DNA of 64,000 bases from Nanobdellota archaeon (GTDB taxonomy: Archaea; Nanobdellota; Nanobdellia; Pacearchaeales; GW2011-AR1), in contig DUKY01000011.1 of the NCBI GenBank assembly GCA_013329055.1, positions 16,096 through 80,095 of the forward strand, in the 5' to 3' direction. Both the position numbers and the translations under genes were made by a program. The notes under the pieces are model-generated. The model ran no database searches. It was not told the DNA's origin and worked only from the letters and a program-made list of their open reading frames with translations. This document shows positions 53,789-64,000 of this stretch, piece after piece (position 1 is the first letter of the stretch; every line of letters begins with the position of its first letter).

Positions 53789-56700
53789 TTAATCTTTTCT
53801 TAAATAAATTAAATAATAAATTCCAAGAATCAACAAAATAGTAATTATTAAATTGTAAAATCCAAAAAATGGAAGCTGTATTTTTGCAGGGCAAGAAATA
53901 GCATTAGAACCCCCAACACAAACTCTGGATAACTTAAGAGGATCATAATAATAAAGCCCATTTTGTAAAAAGTAATTATCAATATTATTTGACGGACCAT
54001 CATTAAAATCTGCATATCCATTATCAGCTCCCCAAGACCAGATAGTTGTCCATGAATATTCTAAAAATCCATCCTCACAATTATCATTAGAACTTTCAGA
54101 ATAAGAACAAAGACCAATAATTGGAGTTGATCCACAATCTAAACCAGGTATAAATTCCCAAGTATATGAACAAGCATTCAAAATATCATCCCATACACAT
54201 TTGCACTGCATTAAATAATTACATAAACCAGACACTAAAATCTCATCACCACATCGTGTATTATTCCAAACTTCAGGATAAGCCTTAAACACTTTTTCAT
54301 TCACATTATTTTCTGCAGCATTGCAACCAAAATTATCACAACTATTACAAGAAAGTTTATTTTCATAATCTTTGCATTCTGCAGTTGAATCTTGAACTAA
54401 AACAGTTAATTTACCACTTTCATATCCATTAATTTTAAAATAAAATCCATCATAATCATTAGTTTTTGCATAATCTTCTTCGGTAATTGTCCATTCACCA
54501 ATAATAATTCCCCAACCAACATTGCTAAATGTTCCAGAGATAGCATTTGAACCTGTTCGAATTTCATCATCAAAAACAGAATCATCTTCAAAGATTTCAA
54601 AATTAAATGAACCATTTAATATCCCGGTATTATTAAGCACTAACTTAACTGTTTCACCGATATAGGCTTCAGTTATTCTTAATCCATTAGAGTCAACAAA
54701 ATAAGCTTCTGGTTGAAGAATGCAAACATTTGAACAACCATCGCCATTAATTAAATTTTTATCATCACATTCTTCTGGAGATTCCTTAATACCATTACCA
54801 CAATTATTAGAAGTATTAACTAAATCACAAGAAAGATTATTTGAAGAATAGGATGAAATATCTGTAGTTAATGTTGGAATAAATAATTCATTAGTATTTC
54901 CAGTGCCTAATTGTCCATCATCATTTAATCCCCAGCATAAAATACGGGTATCATTTAATCTCGTTCCACAAGAATAATAACTTCCTGCACTTATTTGAAT
55001 ATATGCAGATATATCTGAAGTCAATGTTGGTTTATTTAAATTTGTAAAACCTCCATTTCCAAGTTCTCCATCTCCACCGTCTCCCCAACATAAAACTCTT
55101 GAGTCATTTGCTCGAATTCCACAAGAATGATAATCTCCAGTAGCAATTTTTTTATAAGCCGAAGTATCTGTTGTTAAAGTTGGAATTAAATTATCTTCTG
55201 TTTCACCATCCCCTAATTGTCCTTCACCACCATATCCCCAGCATAACACTCTTGAATCATTTTTTCTAATTCCGCAAGTATGACCATCAGAATAAATAGA
55301 TTTATATTCAGATGTATCAGTTGTAACATTTGGATTTAATTGAACAATTAAAGTTCGCCCATCTCCTAATTGCCCTTCACCACCATATCCCCAGCATAAC
55401 ACTCTTGAATCATTTTTTCTGATTCCACACGTATAATAATCACCAGCACTAATACTTTTATAAGCAGAAGTATCATTAATTAATGTTGGATTTCCTAAAT
55501 TTGAAAATCCCCCATTTCCAAGTTGTCCAAAATTACTATATCCCCAACATAAAACTCTTGAGTCATTAGCACGAATACCACAAACATGATTATAATCACC
55601 AACACTTACAGCAAGATATGCAGAGGAATCAGTTGTTAATGTTGGATTCATAACATTATGCCCATCAATATCACCATCTCCTAAAGCACCATACTTTCCA
55701 TAACCCCAGCATAATACTCTTCTATCACTTGTTCGAATTCCACAAGTCTGATAACCTCTAGCACTTACACTAATATATCCAGAAATATCAGAAGTTGTAT
55801 ATGGACTAAGTCTATCAAGTATATTTTGTCCATCTCCAAGTTGTCCATATACTGAATTACCCCAGCATAAAACCCTTGAATCATTTTTTCTAATACCACA
55901 AGTATGAGACCATCCTGCTGAAATTTTAATGTCATCACAAGAAGCACTAAAATTAAAAACTTCAATAATACAACTAGCTGAACAGCCATCACCATTAACT
56001 AAATTTTTATCATCACATTGTTCAGAACCTTCTTTTATACCATCACCGCAAACAGCAATAGAAACAGAAGGACAAAAATTTTCTGAAACATTATATCCTG
56101 AAGAATCAATGGTTACATTAGGATTTAATGACATATGATCCATAATTATACCATCTCCTAATTGTCCATAAAGAGATCTTCCCCAACATAATACTCTTCC
56201 ATCAATAAATCGAGTAGCACAACTATGATATAATCCTACACTAACCTGAGTATATCCTGAAGCCTCACTTATTAATTTAGGATTTCCGGTATCTAATGTG
56301 CCACCATTTCCTAACACACCATATTCCCCTCTACCCCAACATAATATACGACTGTCATTTGCACGAATTCCACAAGTATGATACCTATAAGGACTAATTT
56401 GTTTATATTCAGATGTATCTGTTGTTAAAGTAGGATTTCGAGCAAGATGTTCAATAGTAATTCCATCCCCTAAAATTCCAAATATTCCCCTTCCCCAACA
56501 CAAAACACGACTATCATTTGCACGAATTCCGCAAGTAGAATAAAATCCGGCATTTACTTGTTTATACGCACTTTTATCTGTTGTAACATTTGGATTAGGA
56601 TTACTAATAAAACTATTTTGTCCATTTCCTAATTTTGCATTTTCCATATCTCCCCAACATAATACTCTTGAGTCATTTGCACGAATTCCACAAGTATAAA

Positions 56701-58540
56701 TCCATCCTGCACTTATACTTGAATAAGCTGAAGTATCTGTTGTTAATGTTGGTACTGCTTTAAAACCACCAACAGTTCCATTTCCTAACTGTCCATAATC
56801 ATTAAGCCCCCAACATAATACTCTGGAATCACTTGCTCTAATTCCACAAGTATGGTCTAATCCTGTACTTATACTTAAATAAGCTGAAGAATCAACAGTT
56901 AAATTTGGATTTCCTACATTATGATTTCCAAGAATTCCATCTCCTAATGCCCCAGAATTTCCAGACCCCCAACATAATACCCTTGAGTCATTTGCACGAA
57001 TTCCACAAGTATGAAATCCTCCTGTACTTATACTTAAATATGGTGAAACATCAGTTGTAAGATTTGGACTAAATGTTTTATGATTTGACGTAATACCATC
57101 CCCTAAAATACCATACCATCCATATCCCCAACATAAAACACGAGAATCATTTGCACGAATTCCACAAGTCTGATAACTTCCTGCTGAAAGTTTAAAATAA
57201 TCACAGGAATTAAAAACTTCATGCATACAAGTCGAAGAACAACCATCACTATTGATTAAATTCCCATCATCACATTCTTCACCACCAGTAATAATACCAT
57301 CACCGCAAGAATTAGAAATACAACTAAAACCACAAGTTTCATCAGTAGAATAACCAGAGGGGTCAATAATCAAATTCGGGGATAAAACTTTATGAACAAC
57401 AATTGACCCATCTCCCAATTGTCCATCATTGCCTTCTCCCCAACATAATACCTTTGAATCATTCGTTCGAATACCGCAAGAATGTTGTGCACCAGTTGTT
57501 AAAATAGTATATGAAAAAACATCAGTTGTTAATGTTGGAACAGATTTATCCGCAGTTCCACCATTACCTAATTGCCCTAAAAATCCATAACCCCAACATA
57601 ATACACGAGAATCACTTTTTCTAATTACACAATTATGTGAAAAACCTGAATTTAAATCTCGACTTGCCGATGAATCTTGAGTCAAAGTTGGATTTCCAAC
57701 ACTATGATCAGAAGCAATTCCATCACCTAATCTCCCGCTAATTCCTCTTCCCCAACATAATACACGAGAATCGCTTGTTCTAATACCACAAGTATGAAAT
57801 GCTCCAGTACTAATTTCACTATACATCGAAGAATCAGTAGTCAATATCGGATTTGGAACATTATGTACATTTGTGTTTCCATCACCCAATTTTCCATAAT
57901 CCCCTCTTCCCCAACATAATACTCTTGAATCATTTGCTCGAATACCACAAGTAAAATCACTAATAGTATCAAGACTTTTATACGCAGAAGTATCATTAAT
58001 TAAATTAGGAATTAATATAGAATGTATTAATACATTCCCATCCCCAAGCATGCCATATACACCTTCTCCCCAGCACAATACTCTTGAATCATTTGCTCGA
58101 ATACCACAAGTATGATACCCTCCTGCACTTATACTGCTATATGCTGATGAATCAGAGATTAATGTTGGAATTAAATTATCTCCTGTACTTCCATCACCTA
58201 ATTGCCCTAAATTCCCTTCACCCCAACAAAGAACTCTTGAATCATTTTTCCTAATACCACAAGTATGAAGATTACCAGAACTTACACTAACATATACCGA
58301 TAAATCTGTAGTTAATGTTGGAACTGAATTATAACCTGTTCCCCCATCACCTAATTGTCCAGAACTACCCCTCCCCCAACATAAAACCCTTGAGTCATTA
58401 GCTCGAATACCACAAGTATGATATTGACCTCCGGAAATCTTAGAATAATCACAAGAAATTAAAGTAGAACAAGAATCAGCACTAATAAATAAAATATTAA
58501 TCAATAACAAAAAAAATAAAATAAACAAACCTCTTTTCAT
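53789..58540 (-). CDS. giant surface protein: signal peptide, 3 x 7 RCC1-like blades separated by Cys-rich CxxGxxExxEECDDxN repeats, shared C-terminal module, C-terminal TM anchor
   Basis: 21 occurrences of the (R/K)(V/I)LCWG-x4-G-x-LG-x-G blade signature with HTCGIR strands. Three CG(D/N)GI...(E/Q)CDD(G/K)NL(I/V)N(G/S)DGCS..C repeats. C-terminal QLPFFGFYNLIITILLILGIYYLIYLRKD. Confidence 0.8.
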   Translation of the reverse strand: MKRGLFILFFLLLINILFISADSCSTLISCDYSKISGGQYHTCGIRANDSRVLCWGRGSSGQLGDGGTGYNSVPTLTTDLSVYVSVSSGNLHTCGIRKNDSRVLCWGEGNLGQLGDGSTGDNLIPTLISDSSAYSSISAGGYHTCGIRANDSRVLCWGEGVYGMLGDGNVLIHSILIPNLINDTSAYKSLDTISDFTCGIRANDSRVLCWGRGDYGKLGDGNTNVHNVPNPILTTDSSMYSEISTGAFHTCGIRTSDSRVLCWGRGISGRLGDGIASDHSVGNPTLTQDSSASRDLNSGFSHNCVIRKSDSRVLCWGYGFLGQLGNGGTADKSVPTLTTDVFSYTILTTGAQHSCGIRTNDSKVLCWGEGNDGQLGDGSIVVHKVLSPNLIIDPSGYSTDETCGFSCISNSCGDGIITGGEECDDGNLINSDGCSSTCMHEVFNSCDYFKLSAGSYQTCGIRANDSRVLCWGYGWYGILGDGITSNHKTFSPNLTTDVSPYLSISTGGFHTCGIRANDSRVLCWGSGNSGALGDGILGNHNVGNPNLTVDSSAYLSISTGLDHTCGIRASDSRVLCWGLNDYGQLGNGTVGGFKAVPTLTTDTSAYSSISAGWIYTCGIRANDSRVLCWGDMENAKLGNGQNSFISNPNPNVTTDKSAYKQVNAGFYSTCGIRANDSRVLCWGRGIFGILGDGITIEHLARNPTLTTDTSEYKQISPYRYHTCGIRANDSRILCWGRGEYGVLGNGGTLDTGNPKLISEASGYTQVSVGLYHSCATRFIDGRVLCWGRSLYGQLGDGIIMDHMSLNPNVTIDSSGYNVSENFCPSVSIAVCGDGIKEGSEQCDDKNLVNGDGCSASCIIEVFNFSASCDDIKISAGWSHTCGIRKNDSRVLCWGNSVYGQLGDGQNILDRLSPYTTSDISGYISVSARGYQTCGIRTSDRRVLCWGYGKYGALGDGDIDGHNVMNPTLTTDSSAYLAVSVGDYNHVCGIRANDSRVLCWGYSNFGQLGNGGFSNLGNPTLINDTSAYKSISAGDYYTCGIRKNDSRVLCWGYGGEGQLGDGRTLIVQLNPNVTTDTSEYKSIYSDGHTCGIRKNDSRVLCWGYGGEGQLGDGETEDNLIPTLTTDTSAYKKIATGDYHSCGIRANDSRVLCWGDGGDGELGNGGFTNLNKPTLTSDISAYIQISAGSYYSCGTRLNDTRILCWGLNDDGQLGTGNTNELFIPTLTTDISSYSSNNLSCDLVNTSNNCGNGIKESPEECDDKNLINGDGCSNVCILQPEAYFVDSNGLRITEAYIGETVKLVLNNTGILNGSFNFEIFEDDSVFDDEIRTGSNAISGTFSNVGWGIIIGEWTITEEDYAKTNDYDGFYFKINGYESGKLTVLVQDSTAECKDYENKLSCNSCDNFGCNAAENNVNEKVFKAYPEVWNNTRCGDEILVSGLCNYLMQCKCVWDDILNACSYTWEFIPGLDCGSTPIIGLCSYSESSNDNCEDGFLEYSWTTIWSWGADNGYADFNDGPSNNIDNYFLQNGLYYYDPLKLSRVCVGGSNAISCPAKIQLPFFGFYNLIITILLILGIYYLIYLRKD

Positions 58541-58575
58541 AACATCTAATTAGCTTAAATCTTTATAAAACTTAT

Positions 58576-60408
58576 TTAATCTTTTCTTAGAGAAATTAAT
58601 GAATAAATTCCAACAATTAAGAATATGGTAATTATTAAATTGTAAAATCCAAAAAATGGAAGTTGTATTTCGGCAGGACAAGGGATAATGTTTGAACCAC
58701 CGACGCATCTTTGGGATAATTTAAATGGATCATAATAATAAAGTCCATTTTCTAAAATATAATCAGCGACTTCATCAGAAGGACCATTACTATATATTGC
58801 ATATCCATTATCAGTCCCCCAAGCCCAAGTAGTTGTCCAGGAATATTCTAAAAATCCATCGTTACAATTATCAACAGTACTCTCACCATATTTACAACTA
58901 CCAACTGTTGGAATACTGCTATCTGTATCACAATCAAGTCCTGGAGAAGAACTCCAAGTATAATCACATTTACTTGTTGAAGAATTCCAAATGCATTTGC
59001 ATAACATTAAATATGAACATGAAGGATCAGGACCTGCGATTTCATCGCCACATTTAGTATCATTCCAAACATCAGGAAATGCTTCAAAGACTTTTTCATT
59101 AACGCTATTTTCTGCAGCATCACAACCAATATAATCACAATCATTACAACTTACTTCAGATTCATAATTTGAACACCAAGGAGTAACATCTTGAACTAAA
59201 ATTTCTAATCTGTTACTTTCATATCCATTAATTTTAAAATAAAAATCATCATAATCACCTATTTCAGTAATGGAGTAATCTTGTTCAGTTATTGTCCATT
59301 CGCCAATAATAATTCCCCAACCGACATTACTAAATGTTCCGGGAATAGCATTTATACCTGTCCGAATTTCATCATCAAAAGCAGGATCTTCCTCAAGAAT
59401 TTCAAAACTAAATGAACCATTTAAAATTCCGGTATTATTGAATACTAACTTAACAGTTTCACCAATATGAGCTTCAGTTATTTTTAATCCATTAGAATCT
59501 AAAAAATAAGCTTCAGGTTGAAGAACACAAGCATTTGAACAACCATCGCCATTAAATAAATTTTTATCATCACATTCTTCATAGCTCTTAAACCAAATTC
59601 CATCCCCGCAATAACTACTCTTATAAGTTTCAATTTCACAAATATTTGAACAACCATCAAATGAAATTAAATTACCATCATCACAATTTTCAGAACCAAT
59701 AAACAAAATACTATCCCCACAATAACTACTTGAATAAGTTTCTATATTACAAGTCGATGAACAGCTATCAAAATTAATTAAATTTCCGTCATCACACTCT
59801 TCAGAACCGACAAATAAAATATTATCACCACAATAATCATCATCATAAGTTTCTGTTAAACAAGTAGAAGAACAACCATCAAAAGAAATTTTATTACCAT
59901 CATCACAAGTTTCAAAAGACGGAAAAATAACATTATCCCCGCAATAATTACTTGAATAAGTTTCAGTTTTACAAGTTGATGAACAACTATCACCGGATTT
60001 AGTATTACCGTCGTCACATTCTTCAGGACCTTCTTTTAAACTATCACCACAAACAGAACAAGATGTTGAACATCCAGCAATACTATTTGGACTACAAGCT
60101 TGTGTACAACCACTACCAGCACAATAAAAATAATCAGTATAAGTTGTATATGAACCACTTGAAACGCAATTACCTTCATAACCTCCAGGTGTACCACCCC
60201 CTTGAGATGGAGAACATCCCCAACAACTTACACAGGTTCCACCACAACAGCAATTACCACAAGATAAAATAACACAACAACCAGTATACCAACCTGTACC
60301 AGTAACAGTCATTTTTTCATAAGTACCATAATCAACACAAGTATCAGCATTAATAAATAAAACATTAATTAATAATAAACCAAAAATAAGAAACACACAT
60401 CTTTTCAT
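58576..60408 (-). CDS. surface protein paralog: Cys/Gly-rich N-domain, 5 Cys-rich repeats, shared C-terminal module and anchor
   Basis: Signal peptide, then repeated YCGD(N/S)ILF.GSE.CDDGNLI.FD.CS..C units. The C-terminal ~310 aa are collinear with the other three paralogs. Confidence 0.75.
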   Translation of the reverse strand: MKRCVFLIFGLLLINVLFINADTCVDYGTYEKMTVTGTGWYTGCCVILSCGNCCCGGTCVSCWGCSPSQGGGTPGGYEGNCVSSGSYTTYTDYFYCAGSGCTQACSPNSIAGCSTSCSVCGDSLKEGPEECDDGNTKSGDSCSSTCKTETYSSNYCGDNVIFPSFETCDDGNKISFDGCSSTCLTETYDDDYCGDNILFVGSEECDDGNLINFDSCSSTCNIETYSSSYCGDSILFIGSENCDDGNLISFDGCSNICEIETYKSSYCGDGIWFKSYEECDDKNLFNGDGCSNACVLQPEAYFLDSNGLKITEAHIGETVKLVFNNTGILNGSFSFEILEEDPAFDDEIRTGINAIPGTFSNVGWGIIIGEWTITEQDYSITEIGDYDDFYFKINGYESNRLEILVQDVTPWCSNYESEVSCNDCDYIGCDAAENSVNEKVFEAFPDVWNDTKCGDEIAGPDPSCSYLMLCKCIWNSSTSKCDYTWSSSPGLDCDTDSSIPTVGSCKYGESTVDNCNDGFLEYSWTTTWAWGTDNGYAIYSNGPSDEVADYILENGLYYYDPFKLSQRCVGGSNIIPCPAEIQLPFFGFYNLIITIFLIVGIYSLISLRKD

Positions 60409-60430
60409 AATATTTAATTAATTTTAAACC

Positions 60431-62287
60431 TTATAAAGATTTCTTTGGTTTTGTTAAATAAATTAGAGAATAAACTCCAAAAATTAAGAAGAAAGTAATT
60501 ATAAAATTATAAAATCCAAAGAATGGAAGCTGAACTTGTTCAGGACATAAAATAATATTTGCTCCACCAATACATTTCTCAGACAACTTAAATGGATCAT
60601 AATAATAAGTTGTTCCTTCTAAAGCATAATCATTGATATTGCTTGATGGACCATTATTATAATCTGTATAACCATTATCAGCTCCCCAAACCCAATTAGT
60701 TGTCCATGAATATTCCAAAAATCGATCTTCACAATCATCAAAAACATTTCGATTATATAAACAAATTCCGATTTTAGGATAAGAACTATTGCAATCAATT
60801 ACCGGATTTAAACCCCATGCATAATTACATTTATTTGCAAGATTATCCCAAATGCAATTGCATGATAATTGGTAAATGCAAGAAGTAAGATTATCTTCTA
60901 TGTAATCCCAGCAACGAGTATTATTCCAAAGATCAGGATTTTCTTGAAAGATATCTTCATTAAGACTATTTTCTGCAGCACTGCAACCAACATAATTGCA
61001 ATTATTGCAACTGCTTTCATCAACATAATTACTACACCAAGGGGTAATATCGGGAATAAGAATTTTTAAAAAATCACTCTCATATGAACCAATAACAAAA
61101 TAAAAATTATTATAATCTCCGACTTCAGTTTTTTTATAATCCTCTTCAGTAATTGTCCATTCTCCGATTATTTTACCAAAACCTTCATTATAATATATTC
61201 CAAAGATTGCATTGTCTCCTGTTCGAATTTCATCATTCAAAAATAAATCTTTTTCATAAACTTCAAAAGAATAATCATCAGTCAAATGGTATATCCCTAA
61301 ATTATCTCCGAGATTATCAAAAACTAACCTTATAGTCTCACCAATATGAGCCTGATTTATTCTTTCCCCATTAAGATTTTCCCAATAAACTTTAGTCTCT
61401 AAATCACATATACTTGAACAACCATCACCTGAGAGAGTATTACCATCATCACATCTTTCTTCACCCATAAATAAAATATTATCCCCGCACATATCTAAAG
61501 AATAAACTTCCTTTTTGCAGGAAAAACAACCATCAGAAGAATCATTATTGCCATCATCACACTTTTCAGGAACTTCAATGATTCCATTCCCGCAAACAGA
61601 ACAAGGCAATTCACCAATGTCTTGTGCAATTTGTTTGTAAATATCAATTAATCCATTATTTTCTCCATAGTAAACTTTACCTAATCCACAATTTGCAATA
61701 CTTGTCAAAGTATCCATATCAGCATTACTTCCAAAACCAACTGCATAAACAATTATACCATAATTGTTATATGCATCGCATGCAGATTTAATTGCATCTT
61801 CTGTAGCACTGCCAGTCCCTTGTTCTTCGCATTTAACATTTGCTTTTCCATCACTCATAATAACTATCGACTTAACTCCTTCACCTTCAAATTCTAAAAG
61901 TGTTTTATTAACAGCTTGATTTATACCGCAACAAATGCATGTTCCTTCACCAAGATACCACTCATCAATTTTATTCTTTAATGAAATACTATCGTAAGAT
62001 AATGGATAAGAGTTTACATCATCAACTTCCCGAGAATATCCAATTAAACCAACTTTATTTCCTGAAAAATTTAAAAGAATATCTATAAAGACCTTATTTG
62101 CATCTCTGGCAATATCAATCATCTTTCCACCTTGTTCAGAACAATTTGCGACACATTGATTCATGCTTCCAGATAAATCTGTTAAAGAAAAAACACCAAT
62201 ATTCTCGCATGCTTGTGCAAAAATTAAATTAAATTGAAAGATAAAACTAATTAATAAGATAAAAATAATATACATACACCTCTTCAT
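60431..62287 (-). CDS. surface protein paralog: vWA domain, Cys-rich repeats, shared C-terminal module and anchor
   Basis: Signal peptide, MIDAS DLSGSM, VIMSDGKAN, two Cys-rich repeats and the shared C-terminal module. Confidence 0.75.
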   Translation of the reverse strand: MKRCMYIIFILLISFIFQFNLIFAQACENIGVFSLTDLSGSMNQCVANCSEQGGKMIDIARDANKVFIDILLNFSGNKVGLIGYSREVDDVNSYPLSYDSISLKNKIDEWYLGEGTCICCGINQAVNKTLLEFEGEGVKSIVIMSDGKANVKCEEQGTGSATEDAIKSACDAYNNYGIIVYAVGFGSNADMDTLTSIANCGLGKVYYGENNGLIDIYKQIAQDIGELPCSVCGNGIIEVPEKCDDGNNDSSDGCFSCKKEVYSLDMCGDNILFMGEERCDDGNTLSGDGCSSICDLETKVYWENLNGERINQAHIGETIRLVFDNLGDNLGIYHLTDDYSFEVYEKDLFLNDEIRTGDNAIFGIYYNEGFGKIIGEWTITEEDYKKTEVGDYNNFYFVIGSYESDFLKILIPDITPWCSNYVDESSCNNCNYVGCSAAENSLNEDIFQENPDLWNNTRCWDYIEDNLTSCIYQLSCNCIWDNLANKCNYAWGLNPVIDCNSSYPKIGICLYNRNVFDDCEDRFLEYSWTTNWVWGADNGYTDYNNGPSSNINDYALEGTTYYYDPFKLSEKCIGGANIILCPEQVQLPFFGFYNFIITFFLIFGVYSLIYLTKPKKSL

Positions 62288-62330
62288 AATAATTAATTGA
62301 TTTTAATGCTTATAAAACTTATTCTAATTT

Positions 62331-64000
62331 CTAATTTTTTCTAAGAACAAAATAAACACCAGCAATCAATAAGATAGTAATAATTAGATTATAAAATCCA
62401 AAGAATGGAAGCTGAACTTTTGCAGGACACAAAATTGTATTAGAACCTCCAACACAATTTCGAGATAATTTAAGAGGATCATAAAAATATGTATTGCTAC
62501 CATTAATACTCATGTTAAAATAATCATTAATATCATTTGACGGACCATCATTAAAATCTGCATATCCATTATCAGTTCCCCAAGTCCAAATAGTTGTCCA
62601 AGAATATCCTAAAAATCCATCATCACAAGTATCTGCAGTGCTTTCAGAATAAGTACAAGCACCAATATCCGGAGTACAGTTTAAAGGAACCAATTCCCAA
62701 GAATATGAACAAGAATTCAAAATATCATCCCATACACATTTACATTGTATTTCATAAATACATGAAGAATTAGAATCAATAATTTCATCACCACACCTAT
62801 AATCCCCCCAAACTTCAGGATAAGCTTCAAAAACTTTTTTATTCACACTTTTTTCAGCAGCTATACAACCAGAATTATCACAACTATTACAAGAAAATTC
62901 ATCAACATAATATTTGCATTCTTCAGTTAAATCCCTTGTTAAAATTGTTAAATTATTACTTTTATATCCATTAATAGTAAAATAAAAACCATCATAATCA
63001 CCAACATCGGTCTTAGCATAATCTTCTTCTGTGATAGTCCAATTTCCAAGAACATTTCCAAAACCTACGTTACTAAATACTCCCGAGATACCCCCTGCAC
63101 CAGTTCGAATATTATCATCTGGATTCAAAAAAGAATCTTTTTCAAAAATTTCAAAATTAAATGGACCAGTTAAATTTAATCCGGAATTATTTAAAATTAA
63201 TTTAACTGTATCACCAACATGAGCCTGTGTAATTCTTACCCCATTAGAATTTAACCAATAAACTTCTGGTTGAAGAATACAAACATTTGAACAGCCATCG
63301 CCATTAACTAAATTTTTATCATCGCATTCTTCTGGAGATTCCTTAATACCATTACCGCAAATAGTCTCATTCTTGCAAATCGAAGAGCAACCGTCACCAT
63401 TAATTGAATTGTTATCATCACATTCTTCGCCACTTTCAAGAATACCATTACCACAAACATTGCAAGACATATTAAGCATAATATCCTGCGAGATTTGCTT
63501 ATACACATCAACTAAATCAAAATCCCCAGAGTAATATCTTCCATGACCGCAATCAGCCATTTTCTGTAAAGTTTTTTTACCAGCATCAGCTCCAAAACCT
63601 ACAGTATGCACAACAATACCATAATCTTCATATGCATCACATGAAGCTTGAATTGCAGCATTTTCCGAACTTAAACTAGGATATTTATCAAGACACTGTA
63701 TATTTGCTTCTCCGTCACTCATTACCACCAGAACTTTATAAGCAGAAGAATCTGATTCATTAAACATTTTATCTATTGCATTAAGAACCCCACAACAAAT
63801 GCAAGTTCTACCATAAGAAGCCCAAGAATCAATTGTATTAATCAAAGAAACTGAATTATTTGATAATTCATGATAACCAGTATCATTTGAAACAGTTGCA
63901 TAAGTAACTAAACCAACTTCATTACCGGAAACTTTAAAAAGATTTTCAATAAATGCCTTATTTGCTCTTTGTGCAAGATCCATTCTTTGATAATAAGTTC
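62331..64000 (-). CDS. surface protein paralog (vWA type), 5'-truncated by the window edge
   Basis: The reading frame stays open upstream of the track Met to position 64000. The sequence aligns from about residue 55 of ORF 60431-62287. VVMSDGEAN, two Cys-rich repeats and the shared C-terminal module are present. Confidence 0.75.
   Translation of the reverse strand, partial: TYYQRMDLAQRANKAFIENLFKVSGNEVGLVTYATVSNDTGYHELSNNSVSLINTIDSWASYGRTCICCGVLNAIDKMFNESDSSAYKVLVVMSDGEANIQCLDKYPSLSSENAAIQASCDAYEDYGIVVHTVGFGADAGKKTLQKMADCGHGRYYSGDFDLVDVYKQISQDIMLNMSCNVCGNGILESGEECDDNNSINGDGCSSICKNETICGNGIKESPEECDDKNLVNGDGCSNVCILQPEVYWLNSNGVRITQAHVGDTVKLILNNSGLNLTGPFNFEIFEKDSFLNPDDNIRTGAGGISGVFSNVGFGNVLGNWTITEEDYAKTDVGDYDGFYFTINGYKSNNLTILTRDLTEECKYYVDEFSCNSCDNSGCIAAEKSVNKKVFEAYPEVWGDYRCGDEIIDSNSSCIYEIQCKCVWDDILNSCSYSWELVPLNCTPDIGACTYSESTADTCDDGFLGYSWTTIWTWGTDNGYADFNDGPSNDINDYFNMSINGSNTYFYDPLKLSRNCVGGSNTILCPAKVQLPFFGFYNLIITILLIAGVYFVLRKN

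Overview
AT-rich window (roughly 70% A+T by eye). The core genes are archaeal: proteasome beta subunit, aCPSF1 KH/beta-CASP nuclease, RNase P Pop5-like protein, presenilin-type intramembrane protease, and class III (pilin-like) signal peptides. Small genes, tight packing and giant surface proteins suggest a DPANN-type episymbiotic archaeon; that is inference only. I recognised no rRNA, tRNA or CRISPR array.

Layout:
- 1-16.8 kb: a single-strand defence island. A type I R-M system (hsdR, hsdS, hsdM) is split by passenger genes and flanked by an SNF2 helicase. Between hsdS and hsdR sits an uncharacterised, translationally coupled operon: an RHH protein, unknown ORFs, a Thr1 proteasome-like hydrolase, a 723-aa protein with a PD-(D/E)xK-like C-terminus, and an Rx4H protein. 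This is my best candidate for a new system.
- 17-33 kb: mixed housekeeping and accessory genes, including a DEAD-box helicase carrying an 84-nt hairpin-rich in-frame insertion, and a type III polyketide synthase plus methyltransferase pair.
- 33-39 kb: metal homeostasis genes (copA, an HMA-permease-cupredoxin protein).
- 39.2-39.7 kb: tandem GC-rich repeats, with a solo copy at 48.46 kb.
- 41-44 kb: iscU/iscS with tandemly duplicated leaders.
- 49.4-49.9 kb: tandem copies of a gene 3' end, each with an 82-nt insert.
- 53.8-64 kb: four tandem paralogous surface proteins. One has 21 RCC1-like blades. All share a C-terminal module and a PFFGF-TM-basic tail.
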